Below, piece by piece: positions 53,633 through 62,673 of a DNA stretch of 64,000 nucleotides (the stretch's first letter is position 1; each line of letters opens with the position of its first letter). A program made the position numbers and the translations under genes. The notes under the pieces were generated by a model that saw only the letters and a list, made by a program, of their open reading frames with translations, was not told the DNA's origin and ran no database searches. This DNA is from Candidatus Peribacteria bacterium (GTDB lineage: Bacteria > Patescibacteriota > Gracilibacteria > Peribacterales > Peribacteraceae). The DNA lies in NCBI GenBank assembly GCA_023038255.1, contig CP082927.1:18436-82435 (forward strand), in the 5' to 3' direction.

Positions 53633-54463
53633 TCACTTAAGCTCTGCAGCCATGGCCACAGCAGCCTTTCTCGCAGCTTCCTGCCAGTCTGATTTGTCTG
53701 AGGCATAGATAATGCTACGACCTGCATTCACCACGGCTCCTGTGCCATCTGGGAGGAATCCGTGCTTCACGTCGGCAGCTGTGCCGCCCTGTGCGCCGTA
53801 ACCGGGAATGAGGAATGGGATGTGTGGCATGATTGTGCGCAGATATTTCATCTCTTCCGGATACGTGGCGCCGACAACCGCACCGACAAAACTCAAGTTT
53901 GTTTCCGGGCCGATGTGGTGCATTCCCCATCCTTCTGTGAGCTGTGCGACGTGTTCGTGCACCACTTCATCGCCAATCGGCAGATCCTGCAGATCTCCGG
54001 AGCTTTCATTGCTGGTCTTTACCAGCACGAAGATTCCCTTCTCATTCTGCACGCAGCGTTCAATAAACGGCAGAATGCCGTCAGAACCCAGGTATGGTGT
54101 GACGGTCAGTGCATCGACAGGGCTCCCGTTAAAAAGGTACGCATCGGCATACGCTTCGCAGGTGGACCCGATATCATTGCGCTTTCCGTCGGCAATCACG
54201 AGCAGGTTCTTTGATTTTGCATATTCGCATGTCTCCCAGAAAACCTTGATCCCCTCCCAGCCGAGCAGCTCGTAATACGCAAGCTGTGGCTTCACGCATG
54301 CGGCAATATCGAACGTCGCATCAATGATCCCTTTGTTAAATGCCAGCACGCCCGCAGCGTCGCGGCTGATACCGTCGGGAAGTTTTCCAAGCGACGGGTC
54401 CAGTCCGACACAGACCGGGGATTTGGCTTTGGCAGAGGCGGTGAGGAGATCAGTGAAATGCAT
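53633..54463 (-). CDS. pyrF: orotidine 5'-phosphate decarboxylase (type 2)
   Basis: VCVGLDP, KPQLAYYE, DGKRNDIGST motifs. Confidence 0.9.
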   Translation of the reverse strand: MHFTDLLTASAKAKSPVCVGLDPSLGKLPDGISRDAAGVLAFNKGIIDATFDIAACVKPQLAYYELLGWEGIKVFWETCEYAKSKNLLVIADGKRNDIGSTCEAYADAYLFNGSPVDALTVTPYLGSDGILPFIERCVQNEKGIFVLVKTSNESSGDLQDLPIGDEVVHEHVAQLTEGWGMHHIGPETNLSFVGAVVGATYPEEMKYLRTIMPHIPFLIPGYGAQGGTAADVKHGFLPDGTGAVVNAGRSIIYASDKSDWQEAARKAAVAMAAELK

Positions 54464-54474
54464 TGCTCTGCATT

Positions 54475-55977
54475 CTATTCAAATCCCAGGTTTTGTCGAT
54501 ACTGAAGAGCTTCGGCAATATGAGCAGCTTCAATTGCATGGCATCCCGCCAAATCCGCGATGGTTCGGGCAACCTTGATGGTCCGGTGATACGTGCGCGC
54601 GGAGAGATTCAGGCGTTCGGCGGCCTGTTTCAGCAGGGTTTCCGATGCACTATCCATTGCGCAGAAATCACGGATCTCCCGGACACCCATTTCTTTGTTG
54701 GTGGAAATGGGAAGATGTTTGAAGCGGACTATCTGCCTCTCTCGCGCCCGGACCACACGATCAAGAATCATGCGGGACGTCTCCCCGGTTGTGCGGGGCT
54801 TTTGTCCGAGGTCTTCAATCGGCACAGGCTGCACATCAATCGTGAGATCCATGCGATCCAGAAACGGTGCACTGATACGTCGTTGCATGCGGCTTTTGCC
54901 GCCGGTTGCGTACTGTGGCGGGTTCATAGCGCCAATCAGGAGAACATCGGCGGGGAATGTCACAGATCCCTGTGCACGGGTGATCGTAATTTTGCGGTCC
55001 TCCAGGGGCTGACGGAGCACTTCCAGAACCTGCATCGGAAACTCCGCGAGTTCGTCCAGAAAGAGGACGCCCTTGTGTGCCAGGCTGATTTCTCCGGGCC
55101 CGGGAATCTGCCCACCACCCACAATGGAAATGCCGCTCGCGGTGTGGTGAATGAGACGGAAGGGCCGATGCATGATAAGCGGCTGGTCTGCAGGCAGGAG
55201 ATTGGCGACAGAATAAATGCGTGTCACTTCCAGCGATTCCTCACGCGAGAGCGGCGGGAGAATGCCGCGCAGGGCCTGTGCCAGAAGTGTTTTCCCGGAA
55301 CCCGGTGCGCCGCTCAGAAGAACATTGTGGCCGCCTGCCGCTGCAATCTCCAGCGCGCGCTTTGCGAGGTCCTGTCCGCGGATATCAGCAAAATCCACGA
55401 GAATAGAAGGGGCATTCTTTAACTCAGGTGCTTCAATAGGAGTCGGCTTTTTCGTGCCGCTGAGCACCGCAATCAGCTCAGGTAACGTCTTGGGTGCAAT
55501 GACGTCTATACCCGGCACAAGCGCCGCTTCAGGGCCGTTCATAAAAGGAACAACCAGCGTTTTGATCCCCTTCTCTCTGCATGCAAGAGCGGCAGGCAAA
55601 ACGCCGGACACATGTCGCAGTGTTCCATCCAGTGCGAGCTCGCCCAGGAACGCGGTATTGTTCGTCACATCATCAGGAAGTGTCACAAGTTCGTTCACCA
55701 TCAGCAACCCGAGTGCAACGGCCAGGTCGTAGCGTGGGCCGACTTTGCGGACATCAGCGGGGGCCAGATTGATGACGATACTCTTGCCGGTCGGGAGTCT
55801 GTAGCCGCTCGCGCGCAGCGCCAGTCGCACGCGCGATTTACTTTCCTGCACCGCCGTATCCCCCAGCCCGACAATCGTGATCATGCCTTCGCCGGGCGTC
55901 GCGCCGATCTCCACGGTGATGCGTTCACTATGGAGTCCGATGTTTGCAAATGATGTGAGATTGGTAAGCATTCTCAC
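54475..55977 (-). CDS. comM: YifB/ComM-family Mg-chelatase-like AAA+ ATPase
   Basis: N-terminal Lon-like domain, Walker A GAPGSGKT, LFLDELAEF, C-terminal HTH-like region. Confidence 0.9.
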   Translation of the reverse strand: MRMLTNLTSFANIGLHSERITVEIGATPGEGMITIVGLGDTAVQESKSRVRLALRASGYRLPTGKSIVINLAPADVRKVGPRYDLAVALGLLMVNELVTLPDDVTNNTAFLGELALDGTLRHVSGVLPAALACREKGIKTLVVPFMNGPEAALVPGIDVIAPKTLPELIAVLSGTKKPTPIEAPELKNAPSILVDFADIRGQDLAKRALEIAAAGGHNVLLSGAPGSGKTLLAQALRGILPPLSREESLEVTRIYSVANLLPADQPLIMHRPFRLIHHTASGISIVGGGQIPGPGEISLAHKGVLFLDELAEFPMQVLEVLRQPLEDRKITITRAQGSVTFPADVLLIGAMNPPQYATGGKSRMQRRISAPFLDRMDLTIDVQPVPIEDLGQKPRTTGETSRMILDRVVRARERQIVRFKHLPISTNKEMGVREIRDFCAMDSASETLLKQAAERLNLSARTYHRTIKVARTIADLAGCHAIEAAHIAEALQYRQNLGFE

Positions 55978-56070
55978 ACCATATCCATTTCAAAAAAGAG
56001 TGCGAGTAAAAGGTGTACGAAAGTACACTAATAGGTTGCGTGGAGCCCTGAGACATCACAGAATTTCAAC

Positions 56071-56445
56071 ATGCAAAACCCATCTCCAAAAGCACCTCAT
56101 ATGGAAGTCGGTCAGTCCGGTGAAGAGACGGCAACTCATCATCTTCGCTCCCTCGGCTTACGCATTACTGGCAGAAATATCCGCATTGGGAAAGATGAAA
56201 TCGATATTGTCGCCTTCGATCCCATTGACCATGTCTATGTCTTTGCAGAAGTAAAAACACGGACGGCAATCAGTGATGACTTTCATCCAAACATCAACAT
56301 TACATGGCGCAAACGGGGTTGCATGCGGCGTGCAGCACGACGATTTATGACGCAGTTTGAAGAAGAAATAGGCTGGAGACTCGACGTTGTCTGTGTGATG
56401 AACGGCAAAGTGGTGGATCACTTCATCGATGTCACCACAAAGTAA
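56071..56445 (+). CDS. yraN: YraN-family endonuclease (UPF0102)
   Basis: GEETATHHLRSLG...DEIDIVAFD...FAEVKTR pattern. Confidence 0.8.
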   Translation: MQNPSPKAPHMEVGQSGEETATHHLRSLGLRITGRNIRIGKDEIDIVAFDPIDHVYVFAEVKTRTAISDDFHPNINITWRKRGCMRRAARRFMTQFEEEIGWRLDVVCVMNGKVVDHFIDVTTK

Positions 56446-57130
56446 TAGCCGCCACATCCGCCTCGTCTTCCTGGAATAACTCTTTCACCGGCCAGCGCGT
56501 CTCGTCTTCTGTGCTTGCAAGCATCTCAGTCCATGTGCGCTTTTTGTCGGCACCCGTCAGAAGGAAGACGGTAGAGTGTGCAGATGCAATGGGATTCAGT
56601 GTGAGGGTAATGCGATCGTGGATGACGAATCTGTCAGTGGTTGTGTGAATGACGATACGTGTCTCGTCCATCATGTGCGGCAGAAGCGGCGGGAAGAGTG
56701 AGGCAATGTGCCCGTCGTCTCCCATACCGAGAACCATGACATCCGTAAGGTTTTCCGCCCACAGAGCGTGCACCTGTCCCTCGTAATCCTGTACACATTC
56801 TTCAATAGGCAAAGAGGTATCCGGAAAGATCAGCTGGGCATCCGGAATCTGCGCATGCATCAACAATGTATCGCGAACGAGTCTTTGATTACTGTCCTGA
56901 TGCGTAGCGGGCACATACCGCTCATCCACCAGATGAACAAAGACTTTTGACCAATCAATATCTTCCCGACCAAGTGCCGAGTAGACGGGGCGTGGTGTTG
57001 ATCCTCCACTCAGTCCAATAATGCACTGACCGCGGTCAGCAATTGCGCGCTTCATGCGGTGGCTAATCCACTCCACAGCTTTCTGTGTGAAGTCGGAATC
57101 GGAGGTGGCGGGGAGGTGGGCGTAATGCAT
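56432..57130 (-). CDS. pgl: 6-phosphogluconolactonase
   Basis: GLSGGSTPRPVY, LGMGDDGHIASLFP motifs. Confidence 0.85.
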   Translation of the reverse strand: MHYAHLPATSDSDFTQKAVEWISHRMKRAIADRGQCIIGLSGGSTPRPVYSALGREDIDWSKVFVHLVDERYVPATHQDSNQRLVRDTLLMHAQIPDAQLIFPDTSLPIEECVQDYEGQVHALWAENLTDVMVLGMGDDGHIASLFPPLLPHMMDETRIVIHTTTDRFVIHDRITLTLNPIASAHSTVFLLTGADKKRTWTEMLASTEDETRWPVKELFQEDEADVAAITLW

Positions 57131-57254
57131 AACAGGGATGATACCGCAAAAGAGTGGAAAAATCGACGTATGCGCATACCGGGGAATGAGGATTATTTTT
57201 TTATGGGAAAATATTTTTTGGTAGCTTCAAGGGCTATAAGCCCTGTCATTTGTT

Positions 57255-58055
57255 TCAGATAGGGTCATGAACGATGCTGTTATCTTCTTTCGGGTTTGCA
57301 GCATAGAACAGGGCAATATCTTTCAGGCGCTCCCGTGTGGGGAGGGGGCCATTTTTTAGTTCGGCGTACAGCTGTTCCCAATGAAATCCATCGCAACACA
57401 GTCGCGTTTCATCTGCCTGGTAGCGTTCCCAGCTTTCTACAATTTTCCGGACAATTTGTGCCGGGTGGCGTACAGGAAAATGTGCGAGTGCAAGATGCGG
57501 AGACGGGTACATGAGAATGGGATCGTCGCCCTTTAACTGATGACTCCCTGTAGGAATATGATAGGCAGTATTCTGGTAGCGTCGTGGAATGAGAATTTTA
57601 TGGAATTGTGGAGATTCCCGCTCCCGGCGGTTTTGGATGCGTGCAGTAGTGCACAATTCTCCGGCATTGTCATGGGGGGTCGGAACATAGGTGCGCCAGG
57701 GCAGAAGGGCGACATGGTCTGGAGAGAGTGTCGCAATGCTTTCCTGAATGGATCCAAGATCACTGAGGAGAAATTCATCAGCATCCAGCGGGAGAATCCA
57801 GTCAGGAAGTGCAGAATGAGGCAGATTGTGCATGACATCCGTCAGGGCTTTTCCTTGTCTGTGGACAGGGCTTTCATCATACCGAAGGTCGATAGGCAGT
57901 CCTTCTTCGGCAAGGCGTTGCAGAATAAGGGGGGTTTCATCCGTACTGGCATTATCAATAATCACCATTCGATCAATGATGTCTGCATGGTGTCGCACAA
58001 AGTCCTCGATAATATCAGCTTCATTCCGGACCCAGCTGATTGACAGTATAGACAT
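57255..58055 (-). CDS. glycosyltransferase family 2-like protein
   Basis: VRNEADIIEDFVRHH...IIDNASTDET...LDADEF. Paralogue of 60217..61071. Confidence 0.65.
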   Translation of the reverse strand: MSILSISWVRNEADIIEDFVRHHADIIDRMVIIDNASTDETPLILQRLAEEGLPIDLRYDESPVHRQGKALTDVMHNLPHSALPDWILPLDADEFLLSDLGSIQESIATLSPDHVALLPWRTYVPTPHDNAGELCTTARIQNRRERESPQFHKILIPRRYQNTAYHIPTGSHQLKGDDPILMYPSPHLALAHFPVRHPAQIVRKIVESWERYQADETRLCCDGFHWEQLYAELKNGPLPTRERLKDIALFYAANPKEDNSIVHDPI

Positions 58056-58077
58056 ATGTTAATAATAGCATCCATTT

Positions 58078-58146
58078 TTATGCAAACCACCCCACCCCCT
58101 CCCGCTTGATCGACTCCTCTGCCTCCTTCGCACCCTTCGATCCCGA
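58078..58146 (-). pseudogene. relic copy of the zwf 3' end
   Basis: 50 of 57 nt identical to 58763-58819. Translates as ...GSKGAKEAEESIKREGVGWFA* versus Zwf ...GSKGPKEAEEWIEREGVSWF*. Confidence 0.65.
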
Positions 58147-58172
58147 CAGAAGTGCCTGGACGCCGCTTTTCA

Positions 58173-58721
58173 TCAAGGGAGCAAACGCTCCATGACATGT
58201 ACCTCGTGCGATATGCCGTCAGGCGATGTGTCCGTGCCGGTCTGTATGACTGCAAACCCCGCTTTTTCATAAATATGAATAGCCGGAGCATTGCTGACCG
58301 CAACCACCAGATGCAACCGGTCAATCAGGTCTCTATAGTCTTTGCTCACATACTCAATAGTTGCCTTCGTTATTTCCTGCCCGTACTTCTTATTCCGGTG
58401 CTCGGGAAGAACATCCAGACCGTAATAGATTTTTCCGTCTCCGTATCTGTCTGCCAGTGTCACGGAACCAACAATCATATGCTGCTGCCGGTCGAGTGCC
58501 ATAAGTTTGCGTCGTGATGTATTGCGTAATGCATGCACAACTGCATGGAAAAAATGGTCCTGATTTTCAATGGGGTGCCCGCCCGCTGTCTGCATTTCCT
58601 GTACTTCCTCTCTGGTGAGGAGTGCCAAACGGATGTTCTGTGTTTTATGAATGGTCTGGCCTTCTTTCAGTGTCCAGAGCATGTCTTCCTGCGCATCGGT
58701 AAACCTCCAGTGATCGGTCAT
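58173..58721 (-). CDS. GNAT-family N-acetyltransferase
   Basis: RNKKYGQEI...NAPAIHIYEKAGF acetyl-CoA-binding motifs. Confidence 0.8.
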   Translation of the reverse strand: MTDHWRFTDAQEDMLWTLKEGQTIHKTQNIRLALLTREEVQEMQTAGGHPIENQDHFFHAVVHALRNTSRRKLMALDRQQHMIVGSVTLADRYGDGKIYYGLDVLPEHRNKKYGQEITKATIEYVSKDYRDLIDRLHLVVAVSNAPAIHIYEKAGFAVIQTGTDTSPDGISHEVHVMERLLP

Positions 58722-58759
58722 ACTGATATTGTATACTTTTATGTATTTTTGTCACCCTC

Positions 58760-60208
58760 TTAAAACCACGAAACCCCCTCCCGCTCAATCCACTCCTCTG
58801 CCTCCTTCGGACCCTTCGACCCTGCCGCATACTGCACCAAAGGCGTCTCTGATTTTGCGACGTGTGTCTGCAGTGGATCAATCAGTCTCCAGGCTGCGCG
58901 CACTTCGTCAAACGTGAGGAACCACTGCTGGCGGCCGTGGATGGTTTCGAGAAGCAGCAGCGCGTGTTCGGGAAGACAGTCGCCAAAGCAGACGAGCGGA
59001 TCTTCCATAATCAGCGGGCGGAATTCGGGTTCCGGTCCTCCGACTTTTGTCTGGAGATAGAGTTTCATGCCCGCTTCTCCCTGCACAATAATATCGATGC
59101 GGTTTGGGCCACTTCCCTTTCCGACGGCATGCGGTTCCTGGAACTGAATAGAGATGCGCGTTTCTTTTTTGTCGAGACGCTTGCCGGATTTCAGGTAGAA
59201 CGGCACCCCTTCCCAACGGGACATGCGCGTGAGGAGTTTGAGCGCGATAAACGTATTTGTGCGCGATGACGGATCAATCTCGTCTTCCTCGGTGTACCCC
59301 ACAACGTGTTCCCGTCCGATTTTTCCTGCTTTGTATTGGCCGGCCAAAATCACGTCGTTCAGGTCAGATGCAGGAGGAAGGTAGAGTTGTTCGACGGCGT
59401 TCAGGCGGCTGTCGCGGAAGTGTGTTTCGTCTTCCCGCAGGCGCATGGTCAGGAGGCCCATCATCAGAACCAAGTGGCTCTGGAACATGTCGCGGAGCGT
59501 GCCTGTGTGCTCGAAGTAGCCGGCGCGCCCTTCCAGCCCGAGGCTTTCAGATGCGGAAATTTCGACATGGTGGATGATGGAATTTTTGAGGAGGCGTTCG
59601 AGAACAGGGTTGGCAAAGCGAAGATAGTAGATGTTCCGGAAGGCGTCTTTTCCGAGGTAATGGTCGAGTAGGAAAATCTGTTCCTCGGTCATGTTCTTTG
59701 TGAGCGCGCTCCGGATGTCCTCAAAGGTTTTTAAGTCATGCCCGATCGGCTTTTCGACAATGCAGCGGAAGGCGGTCTGCGGGTGCTTGGTCATGCCACT
59801 GATATTGAGCTGCTCCACAATGCTGCTGAAAGCGGTCGGCGGCACGGAGAGGTAGGCGATGCGCGAATGTTCGCCCCAACTGGCTTCGAGGGTATTCAGA
59901 CGCGCGCCCAAAGCTTTGAAATCATCAGGAGAGTCGTAACTGCCGCGCTGATAATGCACGTGAGAGAGGAAGTTTTGCAGAATGTCCTCGTTTACCTCAA
60001 TCATATCCGTGCGGATGGATTCATTGACCAGGGCGCGGAAGCCCTCCTCTGTCATTTCACTGCGCGCATACCCCACAATGGCAAAATTATCCGGCAGGCG
60101 CTTCTTGAGTGCGAGCACGTAGAGGGCAGGATAAATCTTCAGCTTTGCGAGGTTGCCGGAGGCACCGAAGAGAATGAAGCTGAAAGGATGGGGGGCGGAG
60201 AGGGTCAT
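58760..60208 (-). CDS. zwf: glucose-6-phosphate dehydrogenase
   Basis: FGASGNLAKLKIYPAL, DHYLGKD motifs, 482 aa. Confidence 0.95.
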   Translation of the reverse strand: MTLSAPHPFSFILFGASGNLAKLKIYPALYVLALKKRLPDNFAIVGYARSEMTEEGFRALVNESIRTDMIEVNEDILQNFLSHVHYQRGSYDSPDDFKALGARLNTLEASWGEHSRIAYLSVPPTAFSSIVEQLNISGMTKHPQTAFRCIVEKPIGHDLKTFEDIRSALTKNMTEEQIFLLDHYLGKDAFRNIYYLRFANPVLERLLKNSIIHHVEISASESLGLEGRAGYFEHTGTLRDMFQSHLVLMMGLLTMRLREDETHFRDSRLNAVEQLYLPPASDLNDVILAGQYKAGKIGREHVVGYTEEDEIDPSSRTNTFIALKLLTRMSRWEGVPFYLKSGKRLDKKETRISIQFQEPHAVGKGSGPNRIDIIVQGEAGMKLYLQTKVGGPEPEFRPLIMEDPLVCFGDCLPEHALLLLETIHGRQQWFLTFDEVRAAWRLIDPLQTHVAKSETPLVQYAAGSKGPKEAEEWIEREGVSWF

Positions 60209-60216
60209 GTGAAGTT

Positions 60217-61071
60217 TTATTGTAGACCACTCTCCGCGCGGTCTGCCAGTGTCTTTACTGCGACATACGAACCGAGGGGGTCGTGTATGAGGTCTGGGGT
60301 CCTTGCTGCGGCATCGGCGGCATATTGCTCCGCGAGTGTCACAGCGTCATTGTGTGTGAATGTGGCCTGCCTGCCGGCAGCTTCGTACAGAATGCGCCAT
60401 TGGAAACAGTCTCCTGCTTTTCCGTGCGGATTGTCCCGTTGCCGTGGCCAGGCGTGAATGGCTTTTTGCCGTGCCTGTTCGGCAGAACGGATGGGGAGGT
60501 GTGCAAGCCAGAGCGTATCCGAGGGGTCGGATGGGATATCGTGTCCGTGCAGCGCAACACTGTGCGACCCCTGACGAATGACGAGAGAGGATCTGTGGAA
60601 AGTGCGCGGAATGAGTACTTTGGAATACTGCGGCATCTCCTTACTGCGACGGTGGGACATGCGTTCCACAAGGGAGTCAGTGGGTGTTTTTGGAATGTAC
60701 GTCCGCCACGGAAGAGCGGTAATGCGGTCTGCGGGCAGGGATTCCAGGGCCGTGCGCAAAGAAACCCCCTCTCTTGCACAAAGAAATTCATCACAGTCCA
60801 GCGGCACCAGCAGATCTGGTTGATGCAGCTCTATTGCACGGTGTGCCGCTTCCGTCAGAATGGATGATTGCTCGTAGGCTGCCACATCTGAATACTCAAG
60901 AGTAACCGGTAGCCCTTCCGCTCTGAGCTGCAGGGCGATCTGTTCTGTTTGGTCGATACTTTTGCCGTGCAGAATGAGAATCATTTCATCAATAAACCGC
61001 ACATGATGCCGCACAAACAGTTCCAGAATGTCTGCCTCGTTGTAGACCATGGTGAGCGATACAATTTTCAT
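60217..61071 (-). CDS. glycosyltransferase family 2-like protein
   Basis: VYNEADILELFVRHH...LDCDEF. Paralogue of 57255..58055. Confidence 0.65.
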   Translation of the reverse strand: MKIVSLTMVYNEADILELFVRHHVRFIDEMILILHGKSIDQTEQIALQLRAEGLPVTLEYSDVAAYEQSSILTEAAHRAIELHQPDLLVPLDCDEFLCAREGVSLRTALESLPADRITALPWRTYIPKTPTDSLVERMSHRRSKEMPQYSKVLIPRTFHRSSLVIRQGSHSVALHGHDIPSDPSDTLWLAHLPIRSAEQARQKAIHAWPRQRDNPHGKAGDCFQWRILYEAAGRQATFTHNDAVTLAEQYAADAAARTPDLIHDPLGSYVAVKTLADRAESGLQ

Positions 61072-61811
61072 GAACGTCTGAGGAAGCGGGCAAGGAATGA
61101 ATCGTGAGGAACAAGCGGCGCGCGCGGCAGGCGTAGTGCACGGGGAATGCGCTGACCGTGGTGCATGTTGCAGTCGAGAATATCAATGCCCTGCCTCCGC
61201 ATGTCAACAAATGCGTCCCACATCAGAAGTCTGCTTTTGGCGGAGAGGGCGAGGGCGTCTTCGGTTGTTTCGAATGCCGGTGTTTCGTAAAAATATCCCT
61301 GTGGACCTTTGTACGGACACCCCGCAATGCGTACAGGCTGATCCGGATTGAGGAGGGCCATGATGTTGATGGCATCTGTGAGTGACGAACCTCTGTGGAC
61401 CATCGCCTCGTCGAAGGTGGTCGCAATGGTCTGGTGCGTATTTTCCCAGTGCCCACGATTGTAGAGGCGTACGGTTACTGTTGGCATTACACTCCGGATG
61501 GAGTGGATCAGTGCTTTCATATCATCCTCTCCTCCGTCCAGTGTTTCGGGGCAAAGAAAGAGTGTGTGCAGGCGCTCAAATAGTGCAGGGTCTTTTGCTG
61601 CAGCCGTCATTCTTTCCTGTAGAAGATCCCGGCAGAATGCATCATAACAATCACCGACAATCCAGACAGTCGGACGAAATCCGGCCAGTCTCCAGTGAGG
61701 CGGAAAGCCGTTCAGCACTGCAACGGACGGACTCTGGTCCAGACGGGTGCGTTCGCGCGCAGTCAGCTGCAGCAGATGCGGGGAATTGCCGAAGACGTAG
61801 GAGGTATGCAT
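61068..61811 (-). CDS. hypothetical protein, possible sugar (nonulosonate) transferase
   Basis: N-terminal FGNSPHL resembles the GNGPS motif of DUF115/GT42-type enzymes. Context only, weak. Confidence 0.35.
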   Translation of the reverse strand: MHTSYVFGNSPHLLQLTARERTRLDQSPSVAVLNGFPPHWRLAGFRPTVWIVGDCYDAFCRDLLQERMTAAAKDPALFERLHTLFLCPETLDGGEDDMKALIHSIRSVMPTVTVRLYNRGHWENTHQTIATTFDEAMVHRGSSLTDAINIMALLNPDQPVRIAGCPYKGPQGYFYETPAFETTEDALALSAKSRLLMWDAFVDMRRQGIDILDCNMHHGQRIPRALRLPRAPLVPHDSFLARFLRRS

Positions 61812-61908
61812 GAGACGGACGGAGTCAGAAGTGTAGTGCCTTCTACATCTCTATTGTACGGGACCTTGGACTATGGAACGATGCGTTTGTTCACTTTTCT
61901 TCCAGTGC

Positions 61909-62664
61909 ATGCAGACACTTATTACCATTTGCGCCCGTGGGGGCTCTACAGGCATGACAGGGAAAAATATTCACCCGCTTCTGGGTGTGCCACTGCTTGT
62001 GCATTCCATCCGGCAGGCACAGGATTATGCGCGGTTGATTGATGCCGACATTGCCCTCTCGACAGACAGTCCCCTTATCTTGGGTATTGCGGCAGAGGCC
62101 GGTCTGCGGACGGACTACAAACGTCCTGCAGAACTGGCAACCGATAGCGCAGGAAAAATTGATACCATGCGGCATGTGCTTGCCTACGAAGAAGGACGCC
62201 GCGGGTGCATGTATGATTTTTTGCTGGATCTGGATGTCACCTCTCCGCTGCGGACAAAGCAGGATATTGAATCTGCGTTTGCGGCACTGGAGGCAGCGCC
62301 GGAGGCGCTCAATATTTTTTCTGTGAGTGTGTCCCGCAGAAATCCGTACTTCAACATGCTGGAGCGCCTGCCGTCTGGCTATGCTGCTGTCTGTAAACAA
62401 CCGGATAACACAGTGTACGCCCGCCAGGATGCGCCCCCTGCTTTTGAGATGAATGCCGCGTGCTATCTGTTCCGGCGTGCGTTTTTTGAAGAGGGATGCA
62501 GGAGTTCTGTGTCCGATAAATCTCTGATGCTAGAAACGCCGCACATCTGTTTCGATATCGATACGCCGCAGGATTTTGCGTTCATGGAATTCCTTCTGCA
62601 GGAAGACCGTCTGGATTTTCCGTTGTGGATGATGAACACGCAGCGCGTGCCGGTCTCTGTGTAA
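61909..62664 (+). CDS. acylneuraminate (nonulosonate) cytidylyltransferase family protein
   Basis: ICARGGSTGMTGKNIHPLLGVPLL, DLDVTSPLR motifs. Start moved to ATG 61909. Confidence 0.8.
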   Translation: MQTLITICARGGSTGMTGKNIHPLLGVPLLVHSIRQAQDYARLIDADIALSTDSPLILGIAAEAGLRTDYKRPAELATDSAGKIDTMRHVLAYEEGRRGCMYDFLLDLDVTSPLRTKQDIESAFAALEAAPEALNIFSVSVSRRNPYFNMLERLPSGYAAVCKQPDNTVYARQDAPPAFEMNAACYLFRRAFFEEGCRSSVSDKSLMLETPHICFDIDTPQDFAFMEFLLQEDRLDFPLWMMNTQRVPVSV

Positions 62665-62673
62665 TATGCCGCG

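Noticed and set aside
54463-55422. 319-aa ORF antisense to comM
   Set aside because: It is a shadow ORF. The minus-strand protein carries all the AAA+/Mg-chelatase motifs.
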